From NCBI GenBank assembly GCA_038821645.1, contig JAWBDT010000014.1, forward strand, positions 1 to 53,995: a stretch of 53,995 bases of DNA, read 5' to 3'. Shown here piece after piece: positions 9,087 through 19,719 of this stretch. The notes under the pieces are model-generated. The model was not told the origin of the DNA. It saw only the letters and a list, made by a program, of their open reading frames with translations, and ran no database searches. Within the stretch, counting starts at the first letter, position 1. Each line of letters starts with the position of its first letter. This DNA is from Ignisphaera sp. GTDB lineage: Archaea; Thermoproteota; Thermoprotei_A; Sulfolobales; Ignisphaeraceae. The position numbers and the translations under genes are program-made.

Positions 9087-9801
9087 ATTTTGCCACGGCT
9101 CTCCTGAAGATCATATTACTTATGCAGAGTTTTTCTATAAATTGTTCTACTTCTTCAAAATACGGTACATCTATATCAATAAATAAACCTGTATGACCTT
9201 CACGAGATCTTCTAATTAATGCTTCAGTACGATCTTTAACAATATCTATGGATACTCCTAATACCTTACAGACATAACCTTCGTTACCTAGAACAGGCAT
9301 CTCTATATGACCTCTATCAGTTGGTATTATGAGTAACAGATTCTTATTAACTCCACTAACCCTTCTCTCTGCTATAATATCATCTCTAACAATATATCCA
9401 CTAAATCTGTAGTACTCAATCTCGAGATTCTCAAGAGGTGCTAAAGGTATTGATATGGATTTTTCTTCATATGGATCTAAATACATATATACTTTAGGTG
9501 TATGTCTAGGTGTAGGCTGAACAATTCTAATGTTATGTACATTAATATCGTTCTCTTCTAAACATATTTTAATCATACCAATGGGATAGGGATAAAGTAA
9601 AGCTACATCAATATCACTATTCTTAGAAACATCTCCACGTGCTATACTGCCATGGATAATAGATGATTTATAACCACAATCCATGAGTATCTCAAGTAGC
9701 TTTAAACCCTTGACTCGCTTATCTCTAAGAGTTCGCCAATGATCATCTGAATATATAACCTCTTTTGCATAGCTAATCATAACATGATCATCGAACAACA
9801 T
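9070..9801 (-). CDS. Nucleotidyltransferase, Pol-beta superfamily (COG2413-like)
   Basis: HGSIARGDVSKNSDID, Q.TP..TPK, RVSGVNK, GHTGLF. Confidence 0.85.
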   Translation of the reverse strand: MLFDDHVMISYAKEVIYSDDHWRTLRDKRVKGLKLLEILMDCGYKSSIIHGSIARGDVSKNSDIDVALLYPYPIGMIKICLEENDINVHNIRIVQPTPRHTPKVYMYLDPYEEKSISIPLAPLENLEIEYYRFSGYIVRDDIIAERRVSGVNKNLLLIIPTDRGHIEMPVLGNEGYVCKVLGVSIDIVKDRTEALIRRSREGHTGLFIDIDVPYFEEVEQFIEKLCISNMIFRRAVAKYGLCT

Positions 9802-9812
9802 GGTGTATAATA

Positions 9813-11033
9813 TTGAATACCGCGTTAAATATATTGATATTTTTTGCAGTATTTACTATTGTTACAACATTATTAAGCATTTATACACGAAATAAACATG
9901 TAGTGCTACATAGACTAAGACTACAGTTTACTGTAGGTGGTATCCTCCTGTTTATAGGTAAGGAGAAGGTTCCTCATTTCTCTAAACCAGTAGGTAAGAA
10001 ACTCCATATGTTATTTGTAATTGTGACATTTCTCGGTATAATTCTATTCTATTTTGTATTTGTTCCAGAAATAGTGAAATTTGTAAAATCGTTTTTAGAA
10101 TATACTACTGGAACTTCTTCTACAGCACCTCCACCGGTAATGGTACCAGTACCACTACTCTTTCAGTTTCAAGATATAGTTCCATACATATTGATAGCTA
10201 TAGGTATAGCAGTAATAGTGCATGAATTTATGCATGCATTTATAGCAATTAGAGAAGGGGTGACAATTAGAAGCTGGGGTATTGGACTAATGTTTCTTAT
10301 ACCACTAGCTTTTGTTGAGCTAGATGAGAATAGCTTCAACAATTCTTCAAGAAAATCGAAAATAAATATAGTTTCTGCAGGCATTTTTGGTAATGCTATA
10401 ACCACACTAATTATCTTCTTAATTTTATTAACGATAAATACACTTACACCTATGATCATTGGCATACCATCTACAGCCGTAGCGATAACCTCTATTGATT
10501 GCTCTATCTGTAACACATCACTATGTCCAGCTAGAGTAGCAAATCTGAAACCGAATACCATAATAGTGGCAATCAATAATATCTCCATAGATAGTATTAA
10601 CAAATTTGTATCAGTAGTACAAGAGCTTTCCGTAGGTTCGAATATATCAATAGATATCTGTGACTATAATGGGTTCTGTGAAACTTTAAACATATACTTG
10701 AATGCTCATAAGAAAGATAGTGAAACAATACCATGTATAGGAGCTGTTTTTAATTCTGTTACTGTATTTGTAAGAAATGATAAGCTATACAGATTGCCAT
10801 GGTTTGAGAATTTAGTATTTTTGCTAACAACTATATTGGTAATAAACTTCAGTCTCTTCGTGGTAAATGCTATACCGTTATTCATAACTGATGGTGCTTT
10901 ATTCCTAAAATATTCAATTGATCAATCTTCAAAATTTAGCAAGATCGTATCCATGAAAATTATCGATATATTGAATGCATTGATAATTATTGTAGCCACT
11001 AGTCTTTCATCATATATATTGCTTTCAGGGTAG
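9813..11033 (+). CDS. Site-2 protease (M50) with PDZ-like insert
   Basis: HEFMH, AFVE, AGIFGN, NAIPLFITDG; multiple TM segments. Confidence 0.9.
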   Translation: MNTALNILIFFAVFTIVTTLLSIYTRNKHVVLHRLRLQFTVGGILLFIGKEKVPHFSKPVGKKLHMLFVIVTFLGIILFYFVFVPEIVKFVKSFLEYTTGTSSTAPPPVMVPVPLLFQFQDIVPYILIAIGIAVIVHEFMHAFIAIREGVTIRSWGIGLMFLIPLAFVELDENSFNNSSRKSKINIVSAGIFGNAITTLIIFLILLTINTLTPMIIGIPSTAVAITSIDCSICNTSLCPARVANLKPNTIIVAINNISIDSINKFVSVVQELSVGSNISIDICDYNGFCETLNIYLNAHKKDSETIPCIGAVFNSVTVFVRNDKLYRLPWFENLVFLLTTILVINFSLFVVNAIPLFITDGALFLKYSIDQSSKFSKIVSMKIIDILNALIIIVATSLSSYILLSG

Positions 11034-11040
11034 ATGTGAA

Positions 11041-11493
11041 TTGCATATTAGGCAAGCTAGAATAGAAGACCTAGATAACATTTATCGTCTTGAAACATTA
11101 TGTTTTAAGGATCCTTATCCTAAAGAACTTCTGTATATGTTGTTAACACTTTATCCAGAACTATTTTTAGTGATAGAACTAGAATCAAATATCATAGGAT
11201 ATGTGGCTGGAATTGTGAGAAAAGATAATTTTGGACATATAATCTCTCTGTGTATCCATCCAACATACAGAAGAAAGGGATTAGGTAAACAACTTGTAGC
11301 GTACATAGAGAAAGTATTTAAAGAGAGTTTTAATGTTTGTCAATATCGTTTAGAGGTTAGAACCTCCAATATCGAGGCCATATCTCTTTACAAAAAATTA
11401 GGTTATAGTATTATCAACAGGATCTCAAACTATTATCCAGATGGAGAAGATGCATATATAATGATTAAATATGTTTGTCATCATAATTGTTAA
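11041..11493 (+). CDS. rimI: RimI/Ard1-type N-acetyltransferase
   Basis: GHIISLCIHPTYRRKGLG, LEVRTSN..AI.LY.KLGY, YYPDGEDA. Confidence 0.88.
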   Translation: MHIRQARIEDLDNIYRLETLCFKDPYPKELLYMLLTLYPELFLVIELESNIIGYVAGIVRKDNFGHIISLCIHPTYRRKGLGKQLVAYIEKVFKESFNVCQYRLEVRTSNIEAISLYKKLGYSIINRISNYYPDGEDAYIMIKYVCHHNC

Positions 11494-11599
11494 CAATTCA
11501 TTTATAGGTATATAAGATTTGGCATAGTGGTTATGTCATGATTTGTCCGTAAATCCATATAAGTTTCTTAAAACATTCAATATCTAGGTAGGAGTCGTA

Positions 11600-14023
11600 A
11601 TGGTCAATAAAGAAGATGTTATTGATGTATTTATACTTGATGTGTCTTACGAGATTTTGGGCAACGAACCCCATGTAGTTATATGGGGGGTAACTGAAGA
11701 TAATAAACGTGTACTACTTAGAGATAGAAGATTCAGACCTTATTTCTATGCTATTGTTGAAGATAGTTACTCGAATAAAGAAAAGCTTGAGGCCATAATA
11801 ACCCAGATTAAGAAACTCTCTATACCTAAGTCACCTATACTATCTATAGAAGTTATGAAAAAACGCCTCAATGGTGAATATGTTACAGCATTAAAAATAA
11901 CAACATTGCTTCCGGAGTATGTACGTGAGTATCGAAATCATGTCTCTAGATTGTTAGGAATTAGGGCTGTAGTTGAAGCTGATATAAGATTCTCGATGAG
12001 GTATTTGATAGACAATGATATTTATCCATGTACATGGAATAGATTTAAGGTTTTAAGACAAGGTGTATCTCCAGGCTATAGAGTTGATGAAGAATTTGAA
12101 GTCGTTGATGTGCTTGGCCGCATAGACAGAATATCTTTGCCTAACCTCAGAATCCTAGCTATAGATATAGAGGTCTATAATCCTCGTGGAACTCCAAGAC
12201 CTGATAGAGATCCTATAATCATAATATCACTTATGAATTCTGAAAAAGAAGTAGTAAAGATTACGGCAAGAGATAAAGATGATAGAAATTTAATAAAAGA
12301 GTTCATAGAATATGTTCGCAAATATGATCCAGATATAATTGTTGGCTATAATTCTAACCAATTTGACTGGCCTTATCTTATCGATCGATGTAGACATTTA
12401 GGTATAAAGCTTGATGTATCTAGAAAAATAGGTTCAGAACCTTCCAGAAGTGTCTATGGTCATATATCTATTCCTGGACGTGTAAACGTAGACTTGTTCG
12501 ATTTTGCTGAAGAGATAGCTGAAATAAAAGTTAAGAGCCTAGATGAAGTAGCGGATTACCTTGGGGTTATGAAGAAAAGTGAGAGAACTACTGTACCTTG
12601 GTATGAAATACACAGATATTGGGATGACGAAAAACTACGTGAGATATTACTCAAGTACTCTGAAGATGATGTTGTTTCTACGTATGGTATAGCTGAAAAG
12701 TTCTTGCCATTCGCAATACAACTCTCTAGCGTAACCGGCATACCATTAGATCAAGTAGGTACCGCAAGTGTAGGTTTTAGACTTGAATGGTATTTGATGC
12801 GGGTAGCGTATCGTTATGGAGAATTAATTCCAAATAGAGTTGAAAGACCATATGAACCTTATAGAGGAGCCATAGTTCTAGAACCAAGAAAAGGTATCCA
12901 TGAAAATATTGCTGTTCTTGACTTTTCTTCAATGTATCCAAATATAATGATAAAATACAACATAGGTCCAGATACTTATGTACGTGATCCGTATTTATGT
13001 AAAAACAATGATTGTTATGAAGTTCCAGAAATTGGATATAGATTCCTGAATCGGCCAACCTCCTTCCTTAAGTCTGCACTTGAATCATTGATAACAGCTA
13101 GAAAAAGCGTTAGAGAACAGATGAAATTATATAAAAACAATGAATATGAATATAGACTTCTTGATGCTAGACAAAAAGCATTAAAAATTCTAGCAAATGC
13201 TTGCTATGGTTATATGGGTTGGACTGGTGCTAGATGGTATTGTAAAGAATGTGCAGAAGCTGTTGCAGCTTATGGTAGACAGATAATCAAGATGGTGTTT
13301 AATTTTGCCAAGAAGTATTGTTTAGAAATAATATATGGAGATACAGATTCTATCTTTGTTAAATATGAGCCCGAAAAAATAAATATGTTTATAAATGAGA
13401 TAGAACGTGAATTAGGGCTTGAGATAAAGATCGATAAAGTGTATAAAAGAGTGTTTTTCACAGAAGCTAAGAAGAGATATGTAGGCCTTACTTCAGAAGG
13501 ATTCATAGATATAGTTGGATTTGAGGCTGTTAGAGGTGATTGGGCAGATATAGCTAAGAATATTCAAGAGAAGGTTGCTGAAATAGTTCTGAAGACTGGA
13601 GATTATAAAAAAGCCGTAGATTATGTTAGAAAAGAACTTGAAGATCTAAAGAGAGGTATAGCTGAAGGAAAGGTATTGATAGACTCATTCATTATTTGGA
13701 AAACAATCACAAAACCTTTATCAGAATATGAAGCAATGCAACCTCATATCGCTGTAGCTAAACAGCTCATTAAGATGGGCTATAAAGTTGATGTAGGGGA
13801 TAAGATAGGATATGTGATATGTAGAGGTAGTGGAAAGATTTCCGATAGAGCTAGACCATATATCTCTATTGATGTAAAAGATATCGACATAGATTACTAC
13901 ATCGAACATCAGATAATACCTGCAGTTATAAGAATACTTGGATACTTCGGAATCACCGAAAGCCACCTAAAAGGAGTTGCAAGAAGTAGTAAATCACTTC
14001 TTGAGTATAGTAGGAAGGAGTAA
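11600..14023 (+). CDS. polB: Family B DNA polymerase (PolB3 type)
   Basis: Exo DIE and YNSNQFD; Pol DFSSMYP, KILANACYGY, YGDTDS, KKRY; uracil-pocket motifs FRPYFY, PEYVREYR, EADIRF; no intein. Confidence 0.97.
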   Translation: MVNKEDVIDVFILDVSYEILGNEPHVVIWGVTEDNKRVLLRDRRFRPYFYAIVEDSYSNKEKLEAIITQIKKLSIPKSPILSIEVMKKRLNGEYVTALKITTLLPEYVREYRNHVSRLLGIRAVVEADIRFSMRYLIDNDIYPCTWNRFKVLRQGVSPGYRVDEEFEVVDVLGRIDRISLPNLRILAIDIEVYNPRGTPRPDRDPIIIISLMNSEKEVVKITARDKDDRNLIKEFIEYVRKYDPDIIVGYNSNQFDWPYLIDRCRHLGIKLDVSRKIGSEPSRSVYGHISIPGRVNVDLFDFAEEIAEIKVKSLDEVADYLGVMKKSERTTVPWYEIHRYWDDEKLREILLKYSEDDVVSTYGIAEKFLPFAIQLSSVTGIPLDQVGTASVGFRLEWYLMRVAYRYGELIPNRVERPYEPYRGAIVLEPRKGIHENIAVLDFSSMYPNIMIKYNIGPDTYVRDPYLCKNNDCYEVPEIGYRFLNRPTSFLKSALESLITARKSVREQMKLYKNNEYEYRLLDARQKALKILANACYGYMGWTGARWYCKECAEAVAAYGRQIIKMVFNFAKKYCLEIIYGDTDSIFVKYEPEKINMFINEIERELGLEIKIDKVYKRVFFTEAKKRYVGLTSEGFIDIVGFEAVRGDWADIAKNIQEKVAEIVLKTGDYKKAVDYVRKELEDLKRGIAEGKVLIDSFIIWKTITKPLSEYEAMQPHIAVAKQLIKMGYKVDVGDKIGYVICRGSGKISDRARPYISIDVKDIDIDYYIEHQIIPAVIRILGYFGITESHLKGVARSSKSLLEYSRKE

Positions 14024-14033
14024 AATATCATGC

Positions 14034-15266
14034 TTATGAAAATGTTCCAAATATATCATTAAAAGTCATAGCCATTACGTTCTCAGGTTTTCTTGATATA
14101 TTACCCAATCTAACACCTATAATGAGTTTGATGCCCTTGCTTGAGGCAACATCAAGCAGTCTTTGTGTTATTATACCATCAAATACTATTGTATGTACTT
14201 TTCCATAATCTATTTGTCCAAGCCTTTCAACCAAATCTTTTACAGGTAAACGTTCTATCACATTCCATTTAGAGTCAAAAAGTATAGCCTCTAATGTTCC
14301 AACAAGCTTCTTACCTTCCTCTACTACTGATATAGGTATTTCCATAGATATCTCTTCGGCTTTCTCAACTACTTGTTGCTGAACAGCCACTTCTTCAACT
14401 GACTTAACTTCTTCAACAATATCTTCTGCAGACCTCTTCTCTATCTGTTCTAGAAATTGTTTAGCTGGTATAACATTCTTTAAAGCTTTAGCAATCTCTT
14501 TACCAGTAAGTTCCTCAACTTCTTTTCCTGAAGGTGCTCTAGCTACAAAATCTATGTCAGCAACCTTAAGAACGTCTCTAGCTATAAGCTCACCCCCTCT
14601 GTCACCATCAACAAACAGTATGGCATTCTTTTTAGATGCTAATTTAATTATTGATTCCGGTATCTTTGATCCATGAGCACCCTCTAGTGCTATAACGTTT
14701 CTATAGCCATACTTAAGAAGATTTAACACATCAGCTCTCCCTTCAACTATGATAATAGTATCACTTCTATCGATATCTGGTCCTGCTGGAAGTTTCTCAG
14801 GTCCATAGAGAACAACTTCTGCTGTTCTTACGTTTTCAGAGATTTTGTTCAATACCTCTTTAATGTCTGGTGCTTTTTCTAGAAAGAATTTTTTTGCTAT
14901 TTCTGAAGCTCTATCCATTATCTTTTTAAGTCTTTCTGCACGAATATCGACTATATCTATTATCTGTATCTTTGCTTGATATGGACCTACGCGTTCAACG
15001 CTTTCAAGTAGTGCTGCTAATAACGCTGTTTCTATTCTATCTAGATTTGACGGTACAAGTATTTCTCCAACAGTTTTACCATCTTGTGACTTTACTTCAA
15101 CACTTATTCTTCCCAATCTTCCTTTATCTTGTAGGTCTCTAAGATCGAATTCTTCACCAAAAATACCTTCAGTATAACCAAATATAGCTCCTATGATATC
15201 AGATTTATCTACAGTACCATCAACTTCTATTTTCGCTCTTATAACATACTTTACCATCTTTATCAA
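14034..15266 (-). CDS. dnaG: Archaeal DnaG (TOPRIM; exosome-associated)
   Basis: DIIGAIFG.TEG, GRLGRI, IVEGRADV, DGDRGG, FDGIITQRL. Confidence 0.95.
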   Translation of the reverse strand: MIKMVKYVIRAKIEVDGTVDKSDIIGAIFGYTEGIFGEEFDLRDLQDKGRLGRISVEVKSQDGKTVGEILVPSNLDRIETALLAALLESVERVGPYQAKIQIIDIVDIRAERLKKIMDRASEIAKKFFLEKAPDIKEVLNKISENVRTAEVVLYGPEKLPAGPDIDRSDTIIIVEGRADVLNLLKYGYRNVIALEGAHGSKIPESIIKLASKKNAILFVDGDRGGELIARDVLKVADIDFVARAPSGKEVEELTGKEIAKALKNVIPAKQFLEQIEKRSAEDIVEEVKSVEEVAVQQQVVEKAEEISMEIPISVVEEGKKLVGTLEAILFDSKWNVIERLPVKDLVERLGQIDYGKVHTIVFDGIITQRLLDVASSKGIKLIIGVRLGNISRKPENVMAMTFNDIFGTFS

Positions 15267-15270
15267 TCCC

Positions 15271-16356
15271 TTACCTAGTTATTGATCTTTCTATTTCAGT
15301 CAAGTTTTTCCAAAGCTCAAGTTCTTTTTGTAACGATTCTCTTATAGGCTTAATAATCTTTATAAGTTCTTCTGCCACAGCATTCTTTAGGTCTAAAGGA
15401 TGAAGCTTGCCACCAGAATAGAGTTCTTCTAACTCTCTATATGTATATACTTCTATTGTTCCACCATATTTAGCTTGACGCTCTATAACGAATTTCTTAG
15501 GCTCTTCAGCAAATATTATATACTTAGCTATAGCTATTACAGGATTATCCGAAACATCGCGAGGAGGACAGTGAGCTGATCTGATTTTGTTTAGAATATT
15601 TTCATCACTATCTGTAACAAGTATTGCTTCCTCAGGTTTAGATTTACTCATCTTCACTTGAGATAATACATCATCTACTTCACCCTCAACACTAACCATT
15701 TTCGTTGTACCTCTTAGCGACGGAAGTAGTGGTGTATGTATAGCTATAGTCTTCTTCCATCCCATTTTTTCAGCAATATCTCTCGCTAACATATGTGCTT
15801 TTCTTTGATCAATTCCACCTAAAGCTATATCTAAATCCATTTCAAATATATCTGCCACTTGCATAAATGGGTACAGTAGTTTCGAAAAATCTAGTTCTGC
15901 TTCTTCGGCTCTTCTACCCATTATAGTTAAAGCTCTCTTAGCCCTACTCAAACTCACTCTCTTAGACATCCTCAATATCTTTTCCCAATAGCTGGATCTC
16001 TCAACAAGCTCATCAGCATAGATAACGTTAAATCTTGAAGCATCAATTCCTAATATTTCTAAAACCTTTATAACATGATTAGCTGAAGCTCTAATTAATT
16101 CCATATTACCGCCTAATTTATCATTAATCCATGCGTGCCATGTAGCAACGAAAAGTGTCATTTCTATACCAGCATTTACGAGATCCTTAAATTTGTACAT
16201 CCATATGAGCCACCCAATATGTGTTATACCGCTAGGTTCAAAACCTATATAACCTCTAAGTTTTTTGCCTGCGATTAATGCTTCACGTAACTCTTCTTCT
16301 GTTACAATTTCAACAGTGTTTCTCTTGATCATTTCTATCCTTTTATCTACATCCAT
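15271..16356 (-). CDS. tyrS: Tyrosyl-tRNA synthetase
   Basis: YIGFEPSG.THIG, YPFMQVAD, GGIDQRKAH, KMSKS, LHPLDLK. Confidence 0.96.
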   Translation of the reverse strand: MDVDKRIEMIKRNTVEIVTEEELREALIAGKKLRGYIGFEPSGITHIGWLIWMYKFKDLVNAGIEMTLFVATWHAWINDKLGGNMELIRASANHVIKVLEILGIDASRFNVIYADELVERSSYWEKILRMSKRVSLSRAKRALTIMGRRAEEAELDFSKLLYPFMQVADIFEMDLDIALGGIDQRKAHMLARDIAEKMGWKKTIAIHTPLLPSLRGTTKMVSVEGEVDDVLSQVKMSKSKPEEAILVTDSDENILNKIRSAHCPPRDVSDNPVIAIAKYIIFAEEPKKFVIERQAKYGGTIEVYTYRELEELYSGGKLHPLDLKNAVAEELIKIIKPIRESLQKELELWKNLTEIERSITR

Positions 16357-16401
16357 AGCATATACACCTGCTTGATCTTCTACATAATTAATTGATACTA
16401 A

Positions 16402-18078
16402 TCATTTTAAACTTCTGATAACCTTAGCTAAAACATCTAGTTTTAATTCTGCCATAGCTATCGGATACTCTATATCCATAGACTTAAGTATCTCAGGACG
16501 AACTTCCCCTATAACCCCTACCTCTTTATCTTCATATAATATACATCCACATCTACCATCGATAAAGGCCTTCTTATTACAGGCTCTTATAGTCAAACTA
16601 TTCTCTAAACCGAGTTCTCTCAAAACTGCATATAGATCTGCATGTATATCTTCAAACCTAATCTCGCTATTCATTACAGCTAACAATACATTAAGAGAGT
16701 TACGCCAACCAGTATAACATGTATCACACTTTTCTACTACTTCACCTATCTCGAATACTTTTACCGGTTGAGCTACATATTGCGAATCTCGTAAAACTGT
16801 AAGCATAGATGGTATTAATGAATTTCTTAATGCATCAAGCTCCTTAGATAGTGCATTTACAATCTTTATATAAGGTTCATCAGATACTAGCTCGATAATC
16901 TTAGACGATGATAGGGAAAGAACATTAATTTCTGTGTAACCTAAACCCACAAGTACCTCACGTAATACCTCTACCAAGTACTTTACATCAATTTCCTTCA
17001 CTACTCTTAACTTTACCGACTTTACTGATTCTACAAATTCTATACCCAAGTTATGGTATCCAAATCCTATGGCTATATCCTCCACTACGTCTACAGGATG
17101 CATTATGTCGCATCTATATGGTGGAACTAGAACCAACATCTTCTCGTTACTTATTTCCTTGACTATATAGCCCATTCTTTGTAGAGCTTTACCACCTTCT
17201 TCTACTACTTTCCTATTCTCTAGACCTAGCCACCTTGTAGCAAAGTTTATATCAATCTCAACCTCTCTCCACCTAAGGTCTGGTGTAACTATAGTTCTAT
17301 CGGGATAGTAAATCTCGGCACCTAAAACCTCACCACCATAGAATGACAATGCATGAACTATAACATTTAATACATTGATAACAGAGTTAAAATCTGTTCC
17401 AGTTACATCAATAAGTATATCTCTAGATGAGGATTCAAGTCTAGTTATATCACTATTTATTACTGGTGGCAGTGCTATAACTTCATCACTAACCATAATG
17501 GCTGGATGCTTGTTTCCATGTATCGCTATACTACCATATAAACTTCCCTGCTCTGTTGAATTCAGTACTTCTCTTATACTCATCCTCTTATTCGAGAAAA
17601 GCGGTATCATTTCTACTCTATCTATATCAACATCCTTATACACTATGATTCTAGACGAGAGTTTAGATAAATCATGTAAGCCTATTGCAACCTTCTTTCT
17701 ATGTCTACCGTATGTTGTATGCAATCTCTCCTGAAATTCTATTAAATCTTTGAGAGCTTCTTCATCTAATTCAACATTTTTTACAGCTGCTATTCCTATA
17801 TATGGTCTCTTTAGTGGTGGTTCTACAAAGACTTTGAAAAATGTTTCAGAATTTATAGATTTAGGTATTACCAGACCTAGATAGAGTCTTACTGCATAAG
17901 CTATACCCTCAACTGAAAACATATCTATTCTATCGCTCTGAACCTCTATCGCTATTGTATCACCTTTATCTATTTCTGTTTCACATTTTAGATTAAATAA
18001 TGTATTCATCAATTCTTCTATATCATTTATTCCAGTCAACCTTAGTATCCTGTGTAGTGATGTTCTTACAACAGGCAT
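16402..18078 (-). CDS. pheT: Phenylalanyl-tRNA synthetase beta subunit
   Basis: DRIDMFSVEG, QERLH..YGR.R.KVAIGLHD, PPYRCDIMHPVDVVEDIAI. Confidence 0.95.
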   Translation of the reverse strand: MPVVRTSLHRILRLTGINDIEELMNTLFNLKCETEIDKGDTIAIEVQSDRIDMFSVEGIAYAVRLYLGLVIPKSINSETFFKVFVEPPLKRPYIGIAAVKNVELDEEALKDLIEFQERLHTTYGRHRKKVAIGLHDLSKLSSRIIVYKDVDIDRVEMIPLFSNKRMSIREVLNSTEQGSLYGSIAIHGNKHPAIMVSDEVIALPPVINSDITRLESSSRDILIDVTGTDFNSVINVLNVIVHALSFYGGEVLGAEIYYPDRTIVTPDLRWREVEIDINFATRWLGLENRKVVEEGGKALQRMGYIVKEISNEKMLVLVPPYRCDIMHPVDVVEDIAIGFGYHNLGIEFVESVKSVKLRVVKEIDVKYLVEVLREVLVGLGYTEINVLSLSSSKIIELVSDEPYIKIVNALSKELDALRNSLIPSMLTVLRDSQYVAQPVKVFEIGEVVEKCDTCYTGWRNSLNVLLAVMNSEIRFEDIHADLYAVLRELGLENSLTIRACNKKAFIDGRCGCILYEDKEVGVIGEVRPEILKSMDIEYPIAMAELKLDVLAKVIRSLK

Positions 18079-18079
18079 A

Positions 18080-19603
18080 CTACAACCCTTTAATAATTCT
18101 TATTGTAGGAAACTTACGTATAAACTCTATGTCCTTAGAGAAAAGAAGACGTATATCGTCTATACCGTAGACAACCATAGCTAGTCTTTCGACACCCATA
18201 CCCCATGCACCTACAGGATGATCTACACCCAGCATTTCAAGTACCTCTGGTCTAAACATACCTGCACCAAAGATCTCAATCCATCCATATCCTGGAACAT
18301 AGCCGTATCCTTCAACACTAGGCTCTGTAAAGGGGAAGTATGCTGGTTTAAATTTAATCTTTTCTATACCTAGAGACATTAGTATCTGTGTCAACAAACC
18401 CAAAAGCTTTCTAAAGTTGAAGTCTTTCTCCATTATAACACCATCAAAATTTGTAAACTCTGGCGAATGTCTTGCATCCGGATTATCTCTTCTAAAGACT
18501 CTGGCTATAGAGTAAAGCCTAACTGGAGGCTCTCTATATACTGTTAATGCTCTAGCAGTTACAGCTGTAGTATGGGACCTTAATATCAGTTTAGCCGCTT
18601 TTTGATAAGACCATACATAACCCCAACCTATACTACCAGAATAACCACCTTTTTCATGAACTCTCTTCACTCTATCAATAATATCATTGAACATCGACAA
18701 ATCAGCTGAACCATCAACTATAAGGATATCATGTATATCTCTAGAAGGATGATCTTGTGCTTGAAACAGTATGTCGAAATTCCATAGCTCAGGAATAACA
18801 TAGTCATCTCTTACTTCAATAAAACCTAAAGCCTCCATAATTTCGCTAATAAATTTTATGAATTCTCTGAAGAAATGCTTCTTACCCAAATACTTTATAG
18901 GAGGTAAAGCTGCTAAATTGTAGGGTTTGATAATATAATTTCTCCAAAGTTCTTTGACTATAACTTCGTGAGTAAGCCTAGAAATCCCTTCACCATAACT
19001 TAGAATCTCTTTCGCCTTCTCTAAAGGTATAGCTAGTTTAACGATCTTGATTTTCTTCTTATATACATTTATCAATCTCCTTTTTACAAGCTCTATAAAG
19101 ATACTATCACTCTCCATATTGCTAGGTAATTCTCTATTCTCTAGGAATTGTTTCAAAAGAGCTCGATGCTTCACTAAGGGTTCATAATGTACAAATCTTA
19201 TTGTACTCCTCTCCTTTACTATCTCTATCCATCCTCTTCTTCGGGCCCAGCCCATAGCTATCGCTGCTAGATCCTTACCCATGACCTCTTCTATAGAATG
19301 TATATCGATTTCTCCACCATGTTCTCTAATAATGTTTATCAGCATTTCTTCAGGTAATCCTTCTAGATATTTTTTACCCTCATCAGTAGTTTTGGCATAC
19401 GTAACTTCATTTTCTAGAATATCAACTAAACCTTTTTCTCTCAATAACTCTGATACCGAGAATACAGTTGATATAGGTATCCCAGCGTTACTCGCTATTT
19501 CTTCTACTGATAGTTGTTGGGATACTTTAACAAGTATTGAAAGTATTACTAATTCTCCTCTACTCAGCGGTTCTATATTCAAAACAATTATACATCCCCA
19601 CAA
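18080..19603 (-). CDS. pheS: Phenylalanyl-tRNA synthetase alpha subunit
   Basis: NFDILFQAQDHPSRD, LRSHTT, VFRRD, YFPFTEPS, GAGMFRPE, AWGMGVERL. Confidence 0.96.
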   Translation of the reverse strand: MWGCIIVLNIEPLSRGELVILSILVKVSQQLSVEEIASNAGIPISTVFSVSELLREKGLVDILENEVTYAKTTDEGKKYLEGLPEEMLINIIREHGGEIDIHSIEEVMGKDLAAIAMGWARRRGWIEIVKERSTIRFVHYEPLVKHRALLKQFLENRELPSNMESDSIFIELVKRRLINVYKKKIKIVKLAIPLEKAKEILSYGEGISRLTHEVIVKELWRNYIIKPYNLAALPPIKYLGKKHFFREFIKFISEIMEALGFIEVRDDYVIPELWNFDILFQAQDHPSRDIHDILIVDGSADLSMFNDIIDRVKRVHEKGGYSGSIGWGYVWSYQKAAKLILRSHTTAVTARALTVYREPPVRLYSIARVFRRDNPDARHSPEFTNFDGVIMEKDFNFRKLLGLLTQILMSLGIEKIKFKPAYFPFTEPSVEGYGYVPGYGWIEIFGAGMFRPEVLEMLGVDHPVGAWGMGVERLAMVVYGIDDIRLLFSKDIEFIRKFPTIRIIKGL

Positions 19604-19719
19604 ACATAGTGTAGGTATCTATTAAAATGAAGATCTGTTAACCTAGGATTATATTTTTATTACCAAATGATCGATATAACACCATATCTTGCTACATCTT
19701 TGATCTCGATTCATTTGTA

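Noticed and set aside
11600-14023. Intein or inactivated polymerase
   Set aside because: Normal length and all catalytic motifs intact
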